A stretch of DNA of 64,000 nt. Origin: Spirochaetota bacterium. Lineage in GTDB: Bacteria; Spirochaetota; UBA6919; CBDBPB01. Position numbers and translations under genes: made by a program. The DNA lies in contig CBDBPB010000001.1 in the NCBI GenBank assembly GCA_965208615.1, positions 352,001-416,000 of the forward strand. The letters are read 5' to 3'. The notes under the pieces were generated by a model. The model was not told where the DNA came from and did not search any database. It saw nothing but the letters and a program-made list of their open reading frames with translations. Below, in pieces: positions 20,054 to 30,705 of the stretch. How positions within the stretch are numbered: position 1 is the stretch's first letter; every line of letters starts with the position of its first letter.

Positions 20054-21523
20054 ATGGCAGAGGAAAAAGTAGTAAAGAAATATAAAGTTAGTACTGATCC
20101 AGAACGACGGAATATTAAAGGTGATGAATTAAGACGTAGAAAGGCAATAGAGAGGCACTCTATGCCCCAGCAAGGTCCTGATAGAGTTAACAATTGGGAT
20201 GAGGTTCCTTATGGCTTTAGCGCTGAACAGGCTATGAAAGAGGCTGAAAGATGTTGGGATTGTAGAGTACCATATTGTATTGATGGCTGTCCTGTTGGTA
20301 TTGATATTCCTGCTTTCCTTCGTTTAACTGAAAAGGGTGATTTTATTGGTGCTATAAGGAAGATCAAAGAGGCTAATGCACTTCCTGCTATTTGTGGACG
20401 TGTATGTCCAAAAAGTGAGCAATGTGAGTTAAAATGTGTTGTTAGTAAGAAAAATAAGCCTGTGGCTATTGGTTTTTTAGAAGCTTTCTTAGCAGATTAT
20501 GAGAGAAAACATAATGCTATAGAGATACCTGGTAAGTTACCGTCTACAGGCAAGAAGGTTGCAGTTGTTGGAGCCGGACCTGCTGGTATCACTGTTGCTG
20601 GTGAGCTAGCACAAAGAGGACATGAGGTTAGCTTATTTGAAGCACTATCTAAGCCTGGTGGAGTTTTAAGATATGGTATACCTGACTTTCGTTTGCCAAA
20701 AGAAATTGTGAATACTGAGCTTAAAGTATTAGATCAGCTTGGGGTTAAGGTGCAATGCAATACGGTAATTGGTAAGACCATTACTGTTGAGGAACTTGAT
20801 GAAGAAGGTTTTGATGCTATATTTATTGGTACTGGAGCTGGGCTACCATGGTTTTTGGGTATTGAGGGTGAAAACTTAAATGGAGTATTCTCTGCTAACG
20901 AATATCTTACCAGGGTTATTTTGATGAATGCCAATAGATTCCCAGAGTTTGACACTCCTGTATTTGTTGGTAAAAAGACTGTTGTTATTGGTGCTGGTAA
21001 CACTGCTATGGATGCTTGTAGGACTGCTAAGAGGCTTGGTTCTGATGAGGTTACTATTGTATACAGGCGGTCTATTAAAGAGGCTCCGTGTTTGCCTGAA
21101 GAGCTTGATCATGCTCAAGAAGAGGGTATAAAGTTTAAGTTTTTGACATCTCCTTTAAGATTCCTTGGGGATGAGAATGGTTGGCTCAAAGCTTTAGAGT
21201 GTCAGGAGATGAAGCTTGGTGAACCCGATGATAGTGGTAGACGGCGTCCTGTACCTGTAGAGGGGTCTATATTTAATGTTGAATGTGATGTAGCTATTAT
21301 ATCCATTGGTTTTAGTCCTAATCCTATTGTACCTCAGACTACTGAAGGTATGGAGACTAACCGTAGAGGCTGTATTGTGGTTGATGAAAACGGTAAGACT
21401 ACCAGAGCAAAGGTTTATGCTGGTGGCGATATTGTTAATGGTGGTTCAACAGTGATTATGGCCATGGGTGAAGGAAAGCGTGCAGCAGCTACTATCCATG
21501 ACTATCTTCGTTCATTAAAATAA
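20054..21523 (+). CDS. nfnB: NfnB/SudA (GltD-like) flavin Fe-S subunit
   Basis: CWDC...CIDGCP, CGRVCP, GAGPAG and GAGNTAMD motifs; paired with nfnA, no gltB adjacent. Confidence 0.85.
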   Translation: MAEEKVVKKYKVSTDPERRNIKGDELRRRKAIERHSMPQQGPDRVNNWDEVPYGFSAEQAMKEAERCWDCRVPYCIDGCPVGIDIPAFLRLTEKGDFIGAIRKIKEANALPAICGRVCPKSEQCELKCVVSKKNKPVAIGFLEAFLADYERKHNAIEIPGKLPSTGKKVAVVGAGPAGITVAGELAQRGHEVSLFEALSKPGGVLRYGIPDFRLPKEIVNTELKVLDQLGVKVQCNTVIGKTITVEELDEEGFDAIFIGTGAGLPWFLGIEGENLNGVFSANEYLTRVILMNANRFPEFDTPVFVGKKTVVIGAGNTAMDACRTAKRLGSDEVTIVYRRSIKEAPCLPEELDHAQEEGIKFKFLTSPLRFLGDENGWLKALECQEMKLGEPDDSGRRRPVPVEGSIFNVECDVAIISIGFSPNPIVPQTTEGMETNRRGCIVVDENGKTTRAKVYAGGDIVNGGSTVIMAMGEGKRAAATIHDYLRSLK

Positions 21524-21530
21524 AAACATA

Positions 21531-21553
21531 GACTCTGGCTATATGCTGGAGTC
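21531..21553. terminator. Hairpin between convergent nfnB and DUF779 genes
   Basis: GACTCTGGC-tatat-GCTGGAGTC stem including G:U pairs. Confidence 0.45.
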
Positions 21554-21579
21554 ATCTGCTAAACACGCTATCTAACAGG

Positions 21580-21957
21580 TTAATCACTAAAGGGTATAAG
21601 GTCTAACTTATCTAACCCGTCAGACTCATACAACCTCGACTTTATTATAAACCTATATCCAGTTGGTATCTCGAGAGAAAAGCTTGACCCTCTACCAGGT
21701 GTAAGGTCAACTATAATTTGTGTATGCTTAATATATTCAAAGTTCCTCTTTGATGTGTAAAAATAACAGCCACAGATTTTACCAATAGCTATATCACTAT
21801 CCCCAAGCTTAAACTCACCATCTTTAAAGCACATTGGCTGTGATCCATCACAACATCCACCACTTAGATGAAAAATAAGATCACCATGCTCAGATATTAG
21901 CTCTTCAATAAGCTTATTAGCTTTATCTGTGGCAATTACCCTTTTAACCCTTTCCAT
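21580..21957 (-). CDS. DUF779 family protein
   Basis: FHLSGGCCDGSQPMC and GRGSSFSLE motifs; typical partner downstream of aldehyde dehydrogenase. Confidence 0.88.
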   Translation of the reverse strand: MERVKRVIATDKANKLIEELISEHGDLIFHLSGGCCDGSQPMCFKDGEFKLGDSDIAIGKICGCYFYTSKRNFEYIKHTQIIVDLTPGRGSSFSLEIPTGYRFIIKSRLYESDGLDKLDLIPFSD

Positions 21958-21983
21958 GCTTATATTATAACCTCAAAGGCTTA

Positions 21984-23507
21984 TTAGAAAAACCCCATAG
22001 CCTTTTTGTCATAGGATATAAGCAAGTTCTTAGTCTGGCTATAGTGGGATAACATCATCTTATGAGTTTCTCTACCTATACCAGACTGTTTATATCCGCC
22101 AAAGCTTGCATGAGCAGGATAAAGATGATAACAATTAACCCATACTCGTCCAGCCTCAATAGCCCTTGGTACCTTATATATTTGATGAGCATCTCTTGTC
22201 CAGACACCTGCACCAAGTCCGTAAAGGGTATCATTAGCAATTTCTATAGCTTGAGCCTCGTCGCTAAAAGTGGTAACTGATACAACAGGACCAAATATTT
22301 CCTCTTGGAATATTCTCATTTTATTATGGCCCTTAAAAACTGTAGGTTCAATATAGTATCCGTTTTCACAGTTATCAATGGTACGTGTATTACCACCAAC
22401 TAAAACCTCAGCCCCCTCATCCTTACCCAAAGCCAAATAGGACTTAATTTTCTCATACTGGTCATTGGATGCTTGAGCACCAATCATAGTATTCATATCC
22501 ATAGGATGACCAAACTTTATAGCATTAACTCTATCAATAATCTTATCTTTAAGTCCATCATATATAGACTCTTGTATTAATGCCCGTGAAGGACAAGTAC
22601 AAACTTCACCTTGATTTAACGCAAAAAGAGCAAAGCCCTCTAATACCTTATCAAGATAATCATCATCCTCATCCATAATGCTTTCAAAGAATATATTAGG
22701 TGACTTTCCACCAAGCTCAAGGGTAACAGGTATTATATTCTCAGAGGCATACTGCATAATAAGTCTACCAGTAGTAGTCTCACCAGTAAATGCTACCTTA
22801 GCAACCCTAGGAGATGACGCTAATGGCTTTCCAGCCTCAGGACCATATCCATTAACAACATTAAGAACACCAGGGGGTAAAAGGTCTTGTATCTCCTCCA
22901 TAAGAGCCATAATACTTAAAGGAGTCTGTTCAGCAGGCTTAATAACTACACAGTTACCAGTAACAAGTGCAGGAGGTAACTTCCATGACGCCATCAATAG
23001 AGGGAAGTTCCATGGTATAATCTGTGCAACAACACCAAGAGGCTCGTGTATGTGCATGGATACAGTATTAGCATCAATTTCTGATACTCCATTATCATAT
23101 CCCCTTATAACACCTGCAAAATACCTCCAATGATCAATGGATAAGGGTATATCTGCATAAGTGGTCTCTCTAATAGGTTTACCATTATCCCAAGTTTCAA
23201 GTTCTGCAAACATACCAGCTTTTTGTTCAATACGGTCGGCTATTTTTAAGAGTATATTACTCCTCTCAGCAACAGAGGTATTTGCCCAACCATCCTTAGC
23301 ATTATGTGCGGCATCCAAAGCTAGATTAATATCCTCTTCTGTTGATCTTGCAAACTCACCAAACAAAAATCCATCAATAGGGCTTATATTATCAAAATAT
23401 TTACCTTTTACAGGAGCAACCCACTTTCCCCCAATAAAGTTGTCGTACCTAGACTTAATAGTAGGCCTAGAAAACTTTACAACTTGCTTGCTATCTTTTA
23501 TTGCCAT
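21984..23507 (-). CDS. aldB: NAD-dependent acetaldehyde dehydrogenase (AldB/ExaC type)
   Basis: [34 protein letters not shown] and EEIFGP motifs. Confidence 0.9.
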   Translation of the reverse strand: MAIKDSKQVVKFSRPTIKSRYDNFIGGKWVAPVKGKYFDNISPIDGFLFGEFARSTEEDINLALDAAHNAKDGWANTSVAERSNILLKIADRIEQKAGMFAELETWDNGKPIRETTYADIPLSIDHWRYFAGVIRGYDNGVSEIDANTVSMHIHEPLGVVAQIIPWNFPLLMASWKLPPALVTGNCVVIKPAEQTPLSIMALMEEIQDLLPPGVLNVVNGYGPEAGKPLASSPRVAKVAFTGETTTGRLIMQYASENIIPVTLELGGKSPNIFFESIMDEDDDYLDKVLEGFALFALNQGEVCTCPSRALIQESIYDGLKDKIIDRVNAIKFGHPMDMNTMIGAQASNDQYEKIKSYLALGKDEGAEVLVGGNTRTIDNCENGYYIEPTVFKGHNKMRIFQEEIFGPVVSVTTFSDEAQAIEIANDTLYGLGAGVWTRDAHQIYKVPRAIEAGRVWVNCYHLYPAHASFGGYKQSGIGRETHKMMLSHYSQTKNLLISYDKKAMGFF

Positions 23508-23649
23508 GTTAATCCTCCGTTATTAAAGTCTTATAGTTAATTTTTATAGCTTTGATAAATAGAGTTACTAACAAAAATTTATAATGATTGAAAGAATACT
23601 TATTCAAATAACATAAGTATGAGATTTTAATTGAAAACGCCCCAAATTA

Positions 23650-23677
23650 AATATAACATAAATATGCTTTTTGTCAA
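23650..23677 (-). promoter_or_regulatory. Sigma70-like promoter of aldB
   Basis: TTGACA-N16-TATATT with TG extension on the minus strand. Confidence 0.6.
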
Positions 23678-23793
23678 TAGTAAAAGTTTAACATTTTTTT
23701 TAATACAGTTTTTTAGTAAGCCCATAAGGTGAATACCCAAAAACCATAAGACAAAAGAACAAAGTTATTTTAAACCTTTTTAGAAGGCATAGA

Positions 23794-24099
23794 CTAAATA
23801 AAACTAGGCCATCCTGTAGGCTTATAAGTTCCTTGAGCCACAATTACAGCCATTATGCTCTTAGTTTCTTTACTCACAGCAAAAGCCGTATCAATAGCCT
23901 TTTGAAGATCGCTAAAAGCGGTTGCCCAGCTTTTTCCATCCCCACCAGGAGGCACAACTTTATTTATTTTCGGTTTTCCATTTTTTATACTATAACTTTC
24001 ACTAGACAGTTTCTGAAGTACACTTTTGTTATCGCAGTTAAATATTGAAAGACTAAATAATAAAACTATTATTAAACTTCTTAACCGACCTATTAACAT
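23794..24099 (-). pseudogene. Truncated lipoprotein; N-terminal cap of a beta-helix/pectin-lyase-like protein
   Basis: IFNC lipobox, then GDGKSWATAFSDLQKAID...VAQGTYKP and a stop soon after. Confidence 0.55.
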
Positions 24100-24257
24100 A
24101 CAGCCTCCTATATAAATTTAGGTCAAAATAGCTAAAAGGCCGTACAAAGTCAATAGGATGTTCTTAATTTCTTTAATATTAATGTGGTAGAGGTGTTCTA
24201 GTTTATAGCGTTACTGAATTGTTCTATCGTTTTATATTACGACTCATAAAAGTAATA

Positions 24258-25529
24258 TTAAACCTTTATTGTGGCATCCCTGTCTGGTCCAACAGATATG
24301 TATGATATAGTCGTATTTAAAAGCTCTTTTATTGCATTTACATAAATCTTGGCGTTATTAGGTAAAGACGAAAAAGTCCTTATATGTGAAATATCACAGT
24401 TCCATCCATCCATCTCTTTGTATACAGGCTTTGCCCTATCAAAAAAGCCCCTGGATAATATTACTTTATCATAAACCTTACCGTCTAACTCATATCCAGT
24501 GCAAATCTTAAGCTTATCAAAATAACTTAATACATCCAATTTTGTCATGAATATTTCATCATATCCGTTAATCATAGTCGAGTATCTAGCAAGAACTGCG
24601 TCAAACCAACCACATCTTCTTGGCCTACCCGTTGTCGCACCAAACTCACCACCGTAGTCCTGTAAGGCTTTACCCTCACCATTATGAAGCTCAGTTGGGA
24701 AAGAACCCTCTCCCACCCTAGTGTTATATGCTTTCATAACACCAAATACCTTGTCTATCCTAGTAGGAGGTATACCTGTCCCTATACAAGCTCCCCCTGC
24801 TGATGAGTTAGACGACGTTACATAAGGATATGTACCAAAATCAATGTCCAGTAAAGTACCCTGGGCTCCCTCACAAAGAACATTTTCATTATTATCCAAT
24901 GCCTTATTAAGCAAATAAGACGTGTTTACCTTAAAAGGCTCCAATAACTCTCTATATTTAATATAGTCATCGTATACCTTGTTATAGTCCAAAGTAGGAG
25001 CATTATAGAAGTTCTTTAAAATAAAGTTTTTCTCTTCTAAAATAAATTTTAATAGCTCTGAAAAACTATCATCCAGAAGATCTAAAAGCCTTATACCACT
25101 TCTGTAAACCTTATCAGAATATGATGGGCCAATACCCCTGCCAGTTGTACCAATCTTAGCCTTATTAAGACGACTTTCTTTATAATTGTCAAAAAGTTTA
25201 TGGTAGGGCATAACAATATGACAGTGATCTGATATAAAAAGCCTATTATCTAAATTAATACCTAAATCTTGTAAAAGCTCTATCTCATTAATAAACTCTT
25301 CAGGGTCTAAAACTACCCCATTACCAATAACACAAATCTTATTATCATGTAAAATGCCCGATGGGACTAAATGAAAAATATATTTATCCTTTCCCACAAC
25401 AACAGTATGTCCTGCATTTGCCCCCCCTTGATAGCGAACTATATATTTGGAGTCTTTACATAAGTAGTCTATAACCTTAGCCTTGCCCTCATCACCCCAC
25501 TGACTACCCACTACCACACTACATCCCAT
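24258..25529 (-). CDS. purA: Adenylosuccinate synthetase
   Basis: QWGDEGKAK, GGANAGHT and GATTGRPRRCGW motifs. Confidence 0.97.
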   Translation of the reverse strand: MGCSVVVGSQWGDEGKAKVIDYLCKDSKYIVRYQGGANAGHTVVVGKDKYIFHLVPSGILHDNKICVIGNGVVLDPEEFINEIELLQDLGINLDNRLFISDHCHIVMPYHKLFDNYKESRLNKAKIGTTGRGIGPSYSDKVYRSGIRLLDLLDDSFSELLKFILEEKNFILKNFYNAPTLDYNKVYDDYIKYRELLEPFKVNTSYLLNKALDNNENVLCEGAQGTLLDIDFGTYPYVTSSNSSAGGACIGTGIPPTRIDKVFGVMKAYNTRVGEGSFPTELHNGEGKALQDYGGEFGATTGRPRRCGWFDAVLARYSTMINGYDEIFMTKLDVLSYFDKLKICTGYELDGKVYDKVILSRGFFDRAKPVYKEMDGWNCDISHIRTFSSLPNNAKIYVNAIKELLNTTISYISVGPDRDATIKV

Positions 25530-25577
25530 TATCTACTCCTCCTTAAAGTTAAACTGTTATATTAATGCATTTTTGCT

Positions 25578-26060
25578 TTATTGTATATACATACCTTTTA
25601 TAAGCCACTGATCGTTTTTTTTGGTGATTATCAGTCCCGATTTTGTGTTAGTTATTACACCATCTATTTTCATTTTTAATACTAATGCTATCCAGTCATC
25701 AGAACCTATATTATTAAAGTTAACTTTTAAACAAATAAATCTCTTTTTATAACGATATTTTAAAATATCCTTAGACTTAAAAACACTAAGTTGTATGATT
25801 TCAATATGTTTATGGGGTTTAGTATAAATTCTTCTTAGAAAGTTTAAGCTTTCATTACGTTTCTTAAAATTAATTACTCCGTTTATCGAAAACGGATCAT
25901 CCATCATATTGTTAACAGCATTAAACTTTTTGTTTAACAGTAAATTATAGTATTTTACTGTTATATTTGCTAGCTTTAGTCTGGTATTTTTTGAGTATGC
26001 GTTTATGTGAAATAATAATGTTATTATTGTTATTATACTATATTTAGAAAGTTTTAGCAT
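25578..26060 (-). CDS. Hypothetical secreted protein
   Basis: 160-aa ORF with signal peptide. Confidence 0.6.
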   Translation of the reverse strand: MLKLSKYSIITIITLLFHINAYSKNTRLKLANITVKYYNLLLNKKFNAVNNMMDDPFSINGVINFKKRNESLNFLRRIYTKPHKHIEIIQLSVFKSKDILKYRYKKRFICLKVNFNNIGSDDWIALVLKMKIDGVITNTKSGLIITKKNDQWLIKGMYIQ

Positions 26061-26160
26061 TTGTATTATTACCCCTTATTTAGATTACTAAATTAAATAA
26101 ATAATATTATTAAAGGCAATAGTTTAGGAGTTAATATTTCTGTAAAAAAATAGCTACCAT

Positions 26161-27939
26161 TTATTTTAAGTTAAATAAAAATAATATCTTATTTGCAATT
26201 GATCTCAGAGGAGGAAAATCATCAAAAGGTTCAAACCCAAGAGTCTGCGGAAAAGTCCATGATACATAATAAATCACGACCAAACTAATAAAGATTAACA
26301 TAGCTAACTTTTTATTTTTGTATAAGTTAAATAACCTGACCATATTAAAGAATTTTGTATCTGCTATTTTTTCGTTAACAATGAGATGATTTGTTAATAA
26401 AGACAAAATAAATAAAGAAACAAGATTAGTATATAAAAACCTTCCCCAATCAATAGCAACAATGCATAGAACTATAGTCCCAATAATACTTATCAAAAAT
26501 AATATCAAGACTAATTTTTGTTTAAATAACTTTTTTAACTCGTTTAAAATGGGAATATAAGCAACAAAAGCTAAAGCTAAAGCTAGACCAGTACTATATA
26601 TCATCCAATAAAAAAACTTTTTAAAAGTTAAAAAATGATTCGATACATCATTCATATTAGTTTTTATTGAGCAATTTAACCAATCTATAGGTCCAAAAAA
26701 GCCTGGGGTTCGATCTGAACAAGTACTTTGAGATATCTTTATTCCATACTCTTCTAATGAATTATAAATACCAACAACAGCTTCTTCATTACCTGAGTAA
26801 TAAACAGTAAAACTAAAGCTAATCAATGATGGAATTAAAAAAGCAATAACGGTAAAAACTTTTTTAATAGTTACATCGACTTTTAAAACATAAACAATAA
26901 CAATATAGGGTAAAAATATAGCAAGCATTTCATGAGAAAGAATAAGCAGCGGATAAGCTAAAAGAGTTAAATAAAATATCTTTTCAAACTTTTTTGTTTT
27001 ATAAGATATTGCTGACCAAGCTACAAAAACTAATACAACAATATACATTATCTCTTTTTTATAACCAGGAGTATGTATAATAAGATGCTCAGATATTTGG
27101 TAAGTAAAAATAAATGGAGAGAAAATAAGAAAGATATATGGCAATAATGATGGTTGCTTTCTCAAAATTAAAAAAGAAAAAATAAAAAACGACCCATAGA
27201 AAAAAGAATGTAATAAAAAAACATAAAAAGTAGGATTTATATTTGTCAATCTTGCCAATTGCAAAATTAATTCGCCTGATAAACCCCTTCTAACAAACCC
27301 ACCTTGATAGTTAATTAGCCAATCTTCTATAGCATATATCTTATTGAAACCATTAGTTCCCTCAATTGTATAAAGATGAGCCCAATAACTGCTAATTATA
27401 CTAAATATAAATACTAGTAAAAGAAAAACTATAATATATGTTTTTAATGTAAGTTCAACATCAAATTTTTTTTTCCAAGCTAGAAGCCCTGTAAAAAAGA
27501 ATATTCCTACTATTGTTAAGACAATGCTAAAATAGCTAAAAAGTTTGTATGAATATTTAAGTTGATATTTATAGTTGTTAGTAATTGGGTTTGTATTATC
27601 AGATGAAGAAAAGTATAAAGTCTTATTACGCCAAAATGAATATCGCCCTTTTCCCTTATTCCTAATATTATTATGCATATCATCAGAAACTAACAACTTA
27701 TCATTTTCATAAAGTTTAGTATTTATTGTAACTAATAACGATAATGGGTAATAAGGGGGATACGCTTTAAAGATATAACAAAAACCTTTTTCAGGTTTAA
27801 TATTACTTTTATCTATAGTTTGTAATGGGCTTTTATTTAAATTATCCACAAAAACCATAGTCAAAGGAATATTTATTATTGCTATTATTGATAAAGAAAA
27901 AAGAAAATATAATATAATGGTTTTAGTTTTTTGTTTCAT
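26161..27939 (-). CDS. Polytopic membrane protein, probable GT-C fold, with N-terminal extracytoplasmic domain
   Basis: Many TM segments; DWLINYQGGFVRRGLSGE, LSHE and AIDWGRF motifs. Confidence 0.65.
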   Translation of the reverse strand: MKQKTKTIILYFLFSLSIIAIINIPLTMVFVDNLNKSPLQTIDKSNIKPEKGFCYIFKAYPPYYPLSLLVTINTKLYENDKLLVSDDMHNNIRNKGKGRYSFWRNKTLYFSSSDNTNPITNNYKYQLKYSYKLFSYFSIVLTIVGIFFFTGLLAWKKKFDVELTLKTYIIVFLLLVFIFSIISSYWAHLYTIEGTNGFNKIYAIEDWLINYQGGFVRRGLSGELILQLARLTNINPTFYVFLLHSFFYGSFFIFSFLILRKQPSLLPYIFLIFSPFIFTYQISEHLIIHTPGYKKEIMYIVVLVFVAWSAISYKTKKFEKIFYLTLLAYPLLILSHEMLAIFLPYIVIVYVLKVDVTIKKVFTVIAFLIPSLISFSFTVYYSGNEEAVVGIYNSLEEYGIKISQSTCSDRTPGFFGPIDWLNCSIKTNMNDVSNHFLTFKKFFYWMIYSTGLALALAFVAYIPILNELKKLFKQKLVLILFLISIIGTIVLCIVAIDWGRFLYTNLVSLFILSLLTNHLIVNEKIADTKFFNMVRLFNLYKNKKLAMLIFISLVVIYYVSWTFPQTLGFEPFDDFPPLRSIANKILFLFNLK

Positions 27940-28409
27940 TTTTAACTACCCTCATGTTTGATCTCATTATTGAACTTTATACATAAAAAATAAATACTAT
28001 CTTTTATAAAAGATATAAAAAAAACTATTAAAATTTTTTACATACTAACTAATATTATACAATATTAAAATATTATAAAGCTCATTCGCAATAATCTGTT
28101 AATATATATATATAAAAATATATGATTTATTATTGGCTCTATAAGGAAGAAGGCTATTTAATACTTAAAACCACAATAAAACTAATAAAGGTTAACAGAA
28201 TTAACTTCTTATTTTTATTAATTATATTAACTAATTGATTAGCTATATTAATTACTTGATAAAATAACCCTAAAATAATATATTGTACTTTTTAGCTATG
28301 ATTATAAAAATAATATTTATGTAAGCTTTAAACAAGTTTTAGTCATAACTATTAGTAATTATAAAGTTTTTTTGTATATTCTATAAAAATAGTTATAGGT
28401 AAATATGCT

Positions 28410-29915
28410 ATGCTTTTTATTAAAAACCGGTTAGATAAATTCCAAACGATTTTGCAAAGCTTTAACAATAAAAATCACTGGAATATAATTCATATTTTGG
28501 CAATTATAGGTTTATTAATAAGGATATTTGTAGCTCTTCATTCTGATTACATTCATCACCCCGATGAAATATTTCAATACTTAGAACAGGCTCATCGAAA
28601 TGTTTTTGGCTATAGTTATATTCCATGGGAATATCGTTTTGGCACCAGATCATGGCTATTACCCTACTTTATTTCAATTTTTTTATATGCTTTTAAGTTT
28701 TTTAACATTGATGACCCAGTACTATATATTAATTTTATTAAAATAGTTTTTTGTTTTATTTCTACAACTCTTATTTATTCAGCATATATCATCACTAGAA
28801 GACTCTTCTCTGATAATGCAGGTAAAATAGCTGCCATACTCACTTGTTTTTGGTATGAATTAATTTATTTTTCTCATAAGCCAACTCCTGAGGTACTTGG
28901 TGCATACCTATTTATGATAGCTATGGCAATTGTCATTACTAAATCTGATAATACTAGTTCAATAATATTTGGTTTACTTTGTGCATTGGTTATTGCTTTA
29001 CGAATTCAATATATAGTACCTATTGGCTTTTTGGGTCTTTATGCTTTACTTAAATGGAAAAGAAAAAAAATATACTTGGCAACGTTGAGTTCTTTTGTAG
29101 TTATTACTATTGCCGGTTATATTGACTATATTACATGGGGTAACTTTTTCATATCTTATTATAATAATTATCTTTTTAACTCGGTTTATAACATATCATC
29201 AATTTTTGGCGTATCTCCTTTTACTTATTACTTTGTCATCCTAACAGTTAACTCATTAGGAGTATTCTCCATAACCTATCTACTTAGTTTTAAGTATTTA
29301 CGTAATACATGGCTACTTTTACTTTGTTTATCAAGCGTTATAATCTCACATTCAATAATACCACACAAAGAATACCGATTTATATTTCTCGTAATACCTA
29401 TTTTTTTAGTACTATTATCTAATATTTTAAATAAAGTTTTTCTACGTTACAGGCAAATATTAAATAAATATTTTTTATTGATAATAATATTTCTTATAAT
29501 TTTGTTAGCAGGAAAAGTTAATAAGAAATACGAAAAAAAAATGTTTAACAAAGAGAATATACTGACTAGTTATTTATATTTATACAACGAACCTGATTTA
29601 CACTCAATTTTAAATATTGCCAAACCATGGTATGGAACCGGAGGATACTATTACTTACACAGGGATGTACCAATAATAGTCAATTATAAATATTTCAACT
29701 TGGATAATGATAAAAGTTATTTATCCTATATAAGCCATATTATTTGTCCGTTTGGTTATAAATATATCCCAGGTTTTAAAACTATAAAAACAATAGGATC
29801 AATTGAGATTAGAAAACAGATAAATCCACCTTCTAAATATAAAAGGATTCCTTTTGACACAAAAAATCCTAAACAACCTAATATTGATAGTAAATATAAA
29901 CCTAATATAAAATAG
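28410..29915 (+). CDS. GT22 (Alg9/PIG-B-like) mannosyltransferase
   Basis: HPDEIFQYLEQAH, PWEY...RSWL and PHKEYRFIF motifs; multi-TM. Confidence 0.8.
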   Translation: MLFIKNRLDKFQTILQSFNNKNHWNIIHILAIIGLLIRIFVALHSDYIHHPDEIFQYLEQAHRNVFGYSYIPWEYRFGTRSWLLPYFISIFLYAFKFFNIDDPVLYINFIKIVFCFISTTLIYSAYIITRRLFSDNAGKIAAILTCFWYELIYFSHKPTPEVLGAYLFMIAMAIVITKSDNTSSIIFGLLCALVIALRIQYIVPIGFLGLYALLKWKRKKIYLATLSSFVVITIAGYIDYITWGNFFISYYNNYLFNSVYNISSIFGVSPFTYYFVILTVNSLGVFSITYLLSFKYLRNTWLLLLCLSSVIISHSIIPHKEYRFIFLVIPIFLVLLSNILNKVFLRYRQILNKYFLLIIIFLIILLAGKVNKKYEKKMFNKENILTSYLYLYNEPDLHSILNIAKPWYGTGGYYYLHRDVPIIVNYKYFNLDNDKSYLSYISHIICPFGYKYIPGFKTIKTIGSIEIRKQINPPSKYKRIPFDTKNPKQPNIDSKYKPNIK

Positions 29916-29995
29916 TTTTTGTTGTTTGATTTATAATTTAAAAAAACATGTTTTAATATATTTGACTTTTAATCATTATTAACCATATTTGTCTT

Positions 29996-30700
29996 ATGAA
30001 AATACTTATCATTATTCCCACATATAACGAAAAAGATAATATAGAAAATATATTAAAAGAAATTATTGATGCTCATCCAAAACCAGACATCCTAGTTATT
30101 GATGATAACTCTCCTGATGGTACAGGACAAATTGCCGATGATATGTCAAATAAATATAATAGAATTAAAGTAGTCCATAGAACAGGAAAAATGGGATTGG
30201 GTACTGCATATATCGAAGGATTTAAAAAAGCTATGTCAGAAAACTATGACTACGTTTTTGAGATGGATGCAGACTTCTCTCATGATCCTAAGGATATACC
30301 CAGATTTATAAAGGCTATTAAAAATAATGACCTTGTTATTGGATCACGATATGTTCCCAAAGGTAGAATAGTAGGATGGGGACTTATTAGATATGCAATT
30401 AGTATGGGAGGTAATATTTTAGCTAGGTTAATACTAAAGTTGCCTATTAAAGATTGTACCACTGGATTTAGGTGCTATCGTATTACAGCACTAAAACAAA
30501 TCAACCTAGATAATATTAGCTCAGAAGGTTATGGCTTTCAGGTAGAACTTGTATTTCTTTTTTATATTAATAAGCTTAAAATCCATGAGATTCCAATTAC
30601 ATTTATCGATAGACAAATAGGTAAGTCCAAAATGAGTAAAAATATTATTATAGAAGCCTTTATCAAACTTATACAACTACGAAAAGAATATACCTCTTAA
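29996..30700 (+). CDS. Polyprenol-phosphate mannose synthase (Dpm1/Ppm1, GT2)
   Basis: IIPTYNE, DDNSPDGT, EMDADFSHDP and GSRY motifs. Confidence 0.9.
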   Translation: MKILIIIPTYNEKDNIENILKEIIDAHPKPDILVIDDNSPDGTGQIADDMSNKYNRIKVVHRTGKMGLGTAYIEGFKKAMSENYDYVFEMDADFSHDPKDIPRFIKAIKNNDLVIGSRYVPKGRIVGWGLIRYAISMGGNILARLILKLPIKDCTTGFRCYRITALKQINLDNISSEGYGFQVELVFLFYINKLKIHEIPITFIDRQIGKSKMSKNIIIEAFIKLIQLRKEYTS

Positions 30701-30705
30701 AAAAG

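Noticed and set aside
20054-21523. Glutamate synthase small subunit (gltD)
   Set aside because: It is paired with an NfnA/SudB-type gene and has no gltB adjacent, so NfnB fits better.
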